Shown here in pieces: positions 58,053-64,000 of a DNA stretch of 64,000 bases (positions within the stretch are counted from its first letter, which is position 1; the number at the start of each line of letters is the position of its first letter). The notes beneath the pieces were generated by a model. It saw nothing but the letters and a program-made list of their open reading frames with translations, was not told the origin of the DNA and ran no database searches. The stretch is from Candidatus Obscuribacterales bacterium. Its GTDB lineage: Bacteria; Cyanobacteriota; Vampirovibrionia; Obscuribacterales; Obscuribacteraceae. The DNA is taken from positions 128,001 through 192,000 of the forward strand of contig CBDDIJ010000002.1 in NCBI GenBank assembly GCA_965228855.1, in the 5' to 3' direction. The position numbers were made by a program, and so were the translations under genes.

Positions 58053-59597
58053 TCAGCGTGCGCGAATGTTCTTCACGAGCTTCGCGAGGTTCGCGAGACT
58101 GATGATGTCGTTTCGTCGCGTTTCACCGTAATCGGGCACAGCGCAAAGCAGGCACTGTTCTTCATACAGCGACTTCAAAAGCAATATGGAATTGTTGTGA
58201 ATCAGCTGCGCAACGCGAGCGAATTCAACTGGGTCGACAGACTTGGACGCGTCAGTCGAGCTGGCTGCAGCTTCCATCGCCAGCACCGCCGCCGATACCA
58301 CGTGCCGAGCCTCAAGCACTTCGGAGTACTTGTTGCCGCGCGGAAGCAGCTTCGCGATTTTCTGCGCGGTTGCCTCGTCCTTGTTGCCCCAGGTCATCAG
58401 TTTCGCGAGCGACCGATCGCCCAACGACTTCAGATTCTTGTTGCAAATGGCGTCAGCCACGACCGACAGAACAGCGCTCAGGTCGCTGAGTTTCACCTCA
58501 GTGTAAACCGTTCCCGCGCTATCTTGAAACACGACCTTCTCGTGCAGAGCGCCACCACATGCGATAGCGGCTCGCTGGCGCAATTCGGTACCGTAGACTT
58601 TGGCATCATCGAGACCAAGCCGCTCCACCACCTCGATGGCGAAGAGGGCGCGTACGACATCAGCAGGATGCTCTTCGGCGCCCTTACCCGGCTCGAAACC
58701 CGCTTTGTTAGCAGACTTCTGCTCCGGGTTGTGAGCGGCAAGAACGAGCATGCCGCCGTTCGCGTACATCGGTCCCATGTTCAAAACACCGGCTGCATCG
58801 GCAAGCAGCTCCGGGAGCCACTTCTCGAAGAGCTGGAGCATGAACGCCTCGGTAGGCGCATTCTTGCTGCGTCCCAGCGAGAAAATCGAGCCGGTGCGCA
58901 TTTTGATCGTCTTGCTGACGCCAACCAGGGAGCCGGACTGGAACGCGTTCTTGATCGCATCCTGCACGTTCGACTGAACTTCAGCTTCGAAACCGACCAC
59001 GCCATCGTGAATCACATGGCCGCCAACCTCGTGCGCGTCGATCAGCCAGAGCGGAACGAACGTCGCATGGTTAGCCGGCTTCGAGATGAGAGAGACCGGA
59101 AGTTCGGCGCTCGCGGCCAGCGTGAACGGTTCAGACTTACCCATGGCAAAGAACCCGAGGGGGTCGAGCTCCGGCCAGCGCAACGTCTTGCGCGCCTCGG
59201 ATCGGACCTTCGGGTCGTCCATGAAGCGCCGATAGAAGTTGCTCGCCAGCGCTTGAAACGCTCGCAGGTTATCGGTTTGCTTGGTATCCGCGAGCTGTAC
59301 GACAGGCTGAGCCAGTGTGCTGAACACGGACTCGAGCTGAGCGATAACTCGAGCACGAGTGGCGGCGCTCCCTTTGCGAGCTGACTTTTCCGCCTGTTTC
59401 ACGGCCTCATCGAGCACATCAACGTAGGGCTGATGATAGCGAGAAGGCAATAGTCGCCGAGCATCCGCCACCGTCTTCTTGAACTTCTCGAAATCCTTTT
59501 CGTTTTGAAAAGGCTCCTGAAGAGTCACTTTCGAAGACAGGGCCAGACGCACGCGCGATAAGACTGTGGCGTAATCGCCCAGGTATTTCCGGGTCAT
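58053..59597 (-). CDS. Hypothetical protein, possible zincin (HExxxH)
   Basis: AHEVGGHVIH plus downstream ELLAD. Confidence 0.7.
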   Translation of the reverse strand: MTRKYLGDYATVLSRVRLALSSKVTLQEPFQNEKDFEKFKKTVADARRLLPSRYHQPYVDVLDEAVKQAEKSARKGSAATRARVIAQLESVFSTLAQPVVQLADTKQTDNLRAFQALASNFYRRFMDDPKVRSEARKTLRWPELDPLGFFAMGKSEPFTLAASAELPVSLISKPANHATFVPLWLIDAHEVGGHVIHDGVVGFEAEVQSNVQDAIKNAFQSGSLVGVSKTIKMRTGSIFSLGRSKNAPTEAFMLQLFEKWLPELLADAAGVLNMGPMYANGGMLVLAAHNPEQKSANKAGFEPGKGAEEHPADVVRALFAIEVVERLGLDDAKVYGTELRQRAAIACGGALHEKVVFQDSAGTVYTEVKLSDLSAVLSVVADAICNKNLKSLGDRSLAKLMTWGNKDEATAQKIAKLLPRGNKYSEVLEARHVVSAAVLAMEAAASSTDASKSVDPVEFARVAQLIHNNSILLLKSLYEEQCLLCAVPDYGETRRNDIISLANLAKLVKNIRAR

Positions 59598-60204
59598 AAC
59601 GCGCTCCTATTCTTGTTTTCGGACAGCTTCCAGTACAGCGAAAGCTGCCATGGTCCTGTCTAGGTTGCGGTTTAAAACTAGTGAAAATGCTTGTGCGTAA
59701 GAGATGAGTGATCGGAGAAAGAGAAAAAAACTAAAGCTCCCCAAAGTTACAAAGAGGGAGACGTTTACTTCAACGTTTTCGTGAATCAAGAACTTTATAC
59801 GTTTTGCAGATATCCAGATACTGACATCCGAACCCCTCTTGAGATCGACAGTTGTCGAGCACCATCTCTTTCAATTGCACGGATAACTATTCGCGCTTGA
59901 CTTCAAGAAGTCTGAGAACCCAGTTCTCAAGAGCATTTATGACTAGCGAAGCTTCACCGCATTTCCGTGCGCGAACCGCGCTTTCCTTGAACTGCGCACT
60001 AATTTCTGTTGGCTCGACTGGTCGAAGTTGCGCTTGCGAACTGGATTGCGACTGCTTTAAGTTTTGATGTCAAAAGTTTTTTTCTAAGAACCAGTATTTC
60101 TGAACGTCAAAAGTCTTCCACCGACCTGAAAATTTGAATCGCGTTTCTATTCAAACACGCGCGACGGTATCGCACGTGGTATCACAATCAGAAGGAGCCA
60201 TCCG

Positions 60205-60912
60205 ATGGATGAAGCTCAATATCTTGCGCTTGTTCGGCACGGCGAGAGCTATGCGAACGTTGAAATTGCCAAGGCAAGCGATGGGTTGTATTACGCCATC
60301 TCTGGTTCCGACCGCGACGTCGGCATCACGCCGAACGGAGAACTGGACTGCCTGAGAGCCGGTTCGATTCTCGCTCGACTCTTCCCGCGCTCTTTCCCGA
60401 TTTCCCGAATCTGGAACAGCGAGTTCCGCCGAATCTGGCAGTCCTCGGATCATATTCGCGGACATCTTCCCTATCCGGTCGAAACCGTCATCGACAAACG
60501 GCTCAACAAGCGGAGCTACGGACGGTTCTGGAACCTCACTTACGAAGGTGTTCGTGTTCTTCATGAGCACGAGGACAGCATCTACAAAGCCCTTGGTCCG
60601 CTGAAGTACCGACCGCCCGAGGGTGAGAACTTTTACGACCTGTTCGAACGCGTCGATGAGTTCATGCTCGGCGATCTCAACGAAGCGACAGGAAATCAGC
60701 TGGTCGTCGGGCACTCAGCGGTTCTGCTGGCGATGCAACGCAGCCTTGAAGGGCTGAATGACATGGAAGTCGTGCGCCAGTACGAAGACATCGCAATACC
60801 GAACGGCTACGTGATGCTCTACCGGCGAACTCGTCGAGATCAGCCATGGAAGCGAGTTTACATCTCCGATTATCTTCACGGAGAAACAGGCAAACTTCCG
60901 GAAGTCGCATAA
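60205..60912 (+). CDS. Histidine phosphatase (phosphoglycerate mutase family)
   Basis: LVRHGES, PPEGEN, VVGH. Confidence 0.9.
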   Translation: MDEAQYLALVRHGESYANVEIAKASDGLYYAISGSDRDVGITPNGELDCLRAGSILARLFPRSFPISRIWNSEFRRIWQSSDHIRGHLPYPVETVIDKRLNKRSYGRFWNLTYEGVRVLHEHEDSIYKALGPLKYRPPEGENFYDLFERVDEFMLGDLNEATGNQLVVGHSAVLLAMQRSLEGLNDMEVVRQYEDIAIPNGYVMLYRRTRRDQPWKRVYISDYLHGETGKLPEVA

Positions 60913-60931
60913 CGACTTATTCCGACTTCGA

Positions 60932-60966
60932 ACCGTGGGACTGGCCACTCAGCCAGTTTCCACGGT
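60932..60966 (+). terminator. Hairpin after the phosphatase gene
   Basis: ACCGTGGGACTGGC/GCCAGTTTCCACGGT. Confidence 0.5.
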
Positions 60967-61454
60967 CAAGTTAATGCGTCAGGAGCCACCTCCGGCTAGT
61001 GATATGAGAGCTAGCGCAAGCGCTTGACTTCATAAAACAGCTCACATCTTTGAAAGCTGTTAAAGAGTCACCGCACGCCCGACAAAGGTTTCAAAGAATC
61101 AGACGCGCGCGCGGGATTTTTAGAGCCCGTTAACCTGCACCAATACCTCTTTGAAACATGTAACAGCCCCTGGTAGGCATAAGTGTATTTCTCTCCGCTT
61201 CAACTGAAGGGCACGTCTAACCAAAAGCGGATTCCGTCTAACTAGTCTCGTTATTGATCAGCCTCTCTGTGAGTGGGTTGAGCAATACCGATTTCGCAAC
61301 CACGGACTAAGCAGAGCTAAAGCGAAAACCGGACAGCCCCTCATCCGTCAATCGCCAATCAAGACAGTGGGCGCAAATGCACCACTGCCCGCTTCTGACT
61401 TCCGTAATTCCTGTCCAAGCCAATGGTGACTTGGAATTTAACCGGAGACTTAGA

Positions 61455-63398
61455 ATGCAACACCTGAATAAGTTCGATTGGGCTCTGGGTAAGCGCGTTT
61501 TCGCGATGACCAAGCCTTACTGGACTGCCTCGGGGCCCAATCAGAAGTGGCTCCTCGGCGGCTTCCTCGCTTTCCTCCTCACCTGTGCGTGGGGTCTGTA
61601 TATCGCCTTCAGCGTCGCCACCGCTGTTCCCGTCGCCGAGCTCTGGCCGTCGGGCATCGTCAGCATGTTCCCGGCCTCCTGGGTGGACACGCACAAGTTC
61701 GTATTCGCAGGATGGGCCACCATCGCGTCGCTCGCCCTGCCGTCTGCGTACCTGTGGTTCACCCGCAAGGTGATGAACCGGGGCTGGCGCCTGCTCGGTC
61801 TGCTGATCGCGCTGCTGCTCGCCGTCAACGGGCTCAACGTCCTGTTGTCGTTCCTCAACCGCGACATGATCAACGCCCTGCAGGTGAAGGAAGTCAATGC
61901 CTTCTGGCAGTCCATCACCATCCTGGCGTCGGTCTTCATCATCGGTATTCCGATCGTCGTCTGCTACCGCTGGGTCCGCGACCTCCTCGGCAACGCCTGG
62001 AGAGAGTGGTTCACGGAAGAGATCATGGGCCTCTACTTCGCGAAGCGGAAGTTCTACAAGATCTCGCAGATGGGCACGGTCGAGAACCCTGACCAGCGTA
62101 TCTCGGAAGACGTGAAGCTCTTCACGCAGGGCGCGCTGCGCTTCATGCTCATCGTGCTCGACTCGGTCATCACCGTGCTGTCGTTCGCGACTGTGCTGTG
62201 GAGCATCTCGCACCTGCTGTCGGCGACCGTCATCATCTACGCGATCGTCGGTACCGTGGTCACCGTGCTGTTCGGCAAGCGCCTGATCGGCATCAACTAT
62301 CGCCAGGAAGAGTTCGAAGCGAACTTCCGTTACCAGGCGGTCCACGTCCGCAACAACGCAGAAGCCATCGCCTTCTACCAGGGCGAAGCCATGGAGAAGC
62401 AGAGCATCCTCTCGCGCTTCTCCGAGGCGATCAAGAACTACAACTTCCTGATCCGCTGGCAGCGGAACCTGGCGTTCTTCACGCAGGGCTACGACTACCT
62501 CGTGGTCGTCCTGCCCATCCTCGTGCTGGCGCCGCTGTACTTCATGGAGAACAGCACGGTCAACTTCGGTCAGATCATGCAGGCGAACTCGGCGTTCGGC
62601 CAGATTCTGTCCGCGCTGAGCCTGTTCGTCGCCGAATTCGCGACGCTCTCGCTGTTCGCCGCCAACGTCAATCGTCTGGGCGACTTCATGGACGAGCTGC
62701 ACAAGCCCGATGAGCCGAACACCGCGGAACATCCGCGTATGTCGGTCGCCCGCGGCGCCAACATCTCGCTGAAGAACGTCACGATGATGACGCCGGACTT
62801 CGCCCGCACCCTGGTCACCGGCGTCAACGTCGATGTCCAGCCCGGCGAAAGCCTGCTGTTCGTCGGTCCCTCGGGGTCCGGCAAGAGCTCGCTGCTGCGC
62901 GTCATCGGCGGTCTGTGGGATGCCGGCACCGGCCAGGTGACGGCGCCTGACTCGAAGGAGATGTTCTTCCTGCCGCAGCTGCCGTACCTGCCGCTCGGGT
63001 CGCTGCGTCTGCAGCTCACCTACCCGAATGCGAACAGCAAGGCCACCGACGCCGAGCTGGCTGCGGTGCTCAAGACCGTCAACCTCGATGGTCTGATCGA
63101 GAAGTTCGCCAAGGACGGCGGGCTGGACGCGGTCAAGCACTGGTCCGACGTCCTGTCGCCCGGTGAGCGTCAGCGTCTGGCGTTCGCTCGCCTGCTCCTC
63201 AACAAGCCGAAGTACGCGATTCTCGACGAAGCGTCGAGCGCGCTGGACCCGGCCAACGAAGAGCTGCTGTACACCATCCTCAAGCAGAGCGGCACGACCT
63301 TCCTCTCGGTCGGTCACCGCGAGAGCCTGCGCGCCTACCACAGCAAGGTGCTCGAGCTCGACGGCAAGGGCGGCTGGCGCATCGTCAAGGGCAGCTAA
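61455..63398 (+). CDS. ABC transporter, fused permease/ATPase (ABCD/YddA/BacA-like)
   Basis: NPDQRISED, EAIAFY (EAA loop), GPSGSGKSS, PQLPY, LSPGERQRL, ILDE, SVGHR. Confidence 0.93.
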   Translation: MQHLNKFDWALGKRVFAMTKPYWTASGPNQKWLLGGFLAFLLTCAWGLYIAFSVATAVPVAELWPSGIVSMFPASWVDTHKFVFAGWATIASLALPSAYLWFTRKVMNRGWRLLGLLIALLLAVNGLNVLLSFLNRDMINALQVKEVNAFWQSITILASVFIIGIPIVVCYRWVRDLLGNAWREWFTEEIMGLYFAKRKFYKISQMGTVENPDQRISEDVKLFTQGALRFMLIVLDSVITVLSFATVLWSISHLLSATVIIYAIVGTVVTVLFGKRLIGINYRQEEFEANFRYQAVHVRNNAEAIAFYQGEAMEKQSILSRFSEAIKNYNFLIRWQRNLAFFTQGYDYLVVVLPILVLAPLYFMENSTVNFGQIMQANSAFGQILSALSLFVAEFATLSLFAANVNRLGDFMDELHKPDEPNTAEHPRMSVARGANISLKNVTMMTPDFARTLVTGVNVDVQPGESLLFVGPSGSGKSSLLRVIGGLWDAGTGQVTAPDSKEMFFLPQLPYLPLGSLRLQLTYPNANSKATDAELAAVLKTVNLDGLIEKFAKDGGLDAVKHWSDVLSPGERQRLAFARLLLNKPKYAILDEASSALDPANEELLYTILKQSGTTFLSVGHRESLRAYHSKVLELDGKGGWRIVKGS

Positions 63399-63548
63399 CC
63401 AGCTACTCAGGACGGCGCAAACCGAAACCAGCCGAAGTCGGATACGAAGGTGTCGTGCCACCACAAGTGGTGCGACACCTTCCCGGCGGGGCGGATGGGA
63501 AGCAGCTTTCAACAGCTGTTCTTTCCCATCTCGCCTTTCAAACTCCGT

Positions 63549-63687
63549 CTACTATATAGCCTCGTATTCACTCAAGCCCGCATCCCGCTGGCGGCAAGCC
63601 TCTTGTGCCCTCATCCGGACGCCTCAAATTTTCTGTCTACGCCACATTGCCGGATTTCGTCAAATCCGTCATAGCCACGTAGCCAAA
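63549..63687. repeat. Dispersed element (left box plus core)
   Basis: CTACTATA at 63549; core 63632-63687. Confidence 0.9.
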
Positions 63688-64000
63688 CCTCACAAAATCA
63701 ATACGGTTCCGCTCCAAACACAAGAAGCTTATGAATGAGGTGTGAACTGATTCAACGACCGCGTAAAACGGTTTCAAACAAAAGAACTCGACAGCTTGTC
63801 GAAAGCATCCAAATTCCGCATAGTCAGCGGGATCAAGCGTACTCCGCACCCTGCGCGAGCTAGCGCTCTTGATGACCCCGCCCCGCATGGCCCGGGAATT
63901 TTGGGGGAATCGTGAACTATCTCTAAAGCATCCAACGCAGCAACTTTCCCGTTCCAAGTGCGCCAAAACCGCGCACCGCTTTTGGTATCAAGAATATGCA

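Noticed and set aside
60970..61454. Cobalamin riboswitch upstream of the BacA-like ABC gene
   Set aside because: No B12-box or AGGGAA/CCCGC..ACTG core is recognisable.
6897..63512. Long antisense ORFs (6897-8813, 33022-34830, 38041-40935, 49432-50910, 52285-53766, 61359-63512, 2977-4167)
   Set aside because: They shadow recognisable genes. Strong GC3 bias removes stops on the opposite strand, and they show no motifs.
2573..63687. Canonical integron attC sites
   Set aside because: No RYYYAAC/GTTRRRY ends, no extrahelical-base asymmetry, neighbouring genes are not co-oriented, and there is no intI. Only the architecture is analogous.

Overview
A 64-kb bacterial chromosomal segment. Gene content and style suggest a non-photosynthetic Cyanobacteriota relative (Vampirovibrionia/Obscuribacterales-like); this is inference only. 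It holds about 50 mostly monocistronic accessory genes: TPR proteins, phospholipase D, a SulP/ArsR/USP/beta-carbonic-anhydrase-like cluster, leucine dehydrogenase, a class V aminotransferase, a gamma-PGA hydrolase, a CCA-adding enzyme, cyanophycinase, a glycogen debranching enzyme, a serpin, an ABCD-type transporter and a 965-aa hairpin coiled-coil protein. I saw no rRNA, tRNA, CRISPR array, transposase or integrase. The most striking unexplained signal is non-coding: a dispersed intergenic element at about 11 loci. It has a 56-bp core (6-11-6-10-6-11-6; two GKC-N11-GMC palindromic sites 33 bp apart) flanked by inverted CTAC-TA-N9-GTA boxes at helically phased distances (73, 83-84, 94-98 bp). 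Two other repeat families are present, one sharing the 33-bp twin-palindrome geometry.
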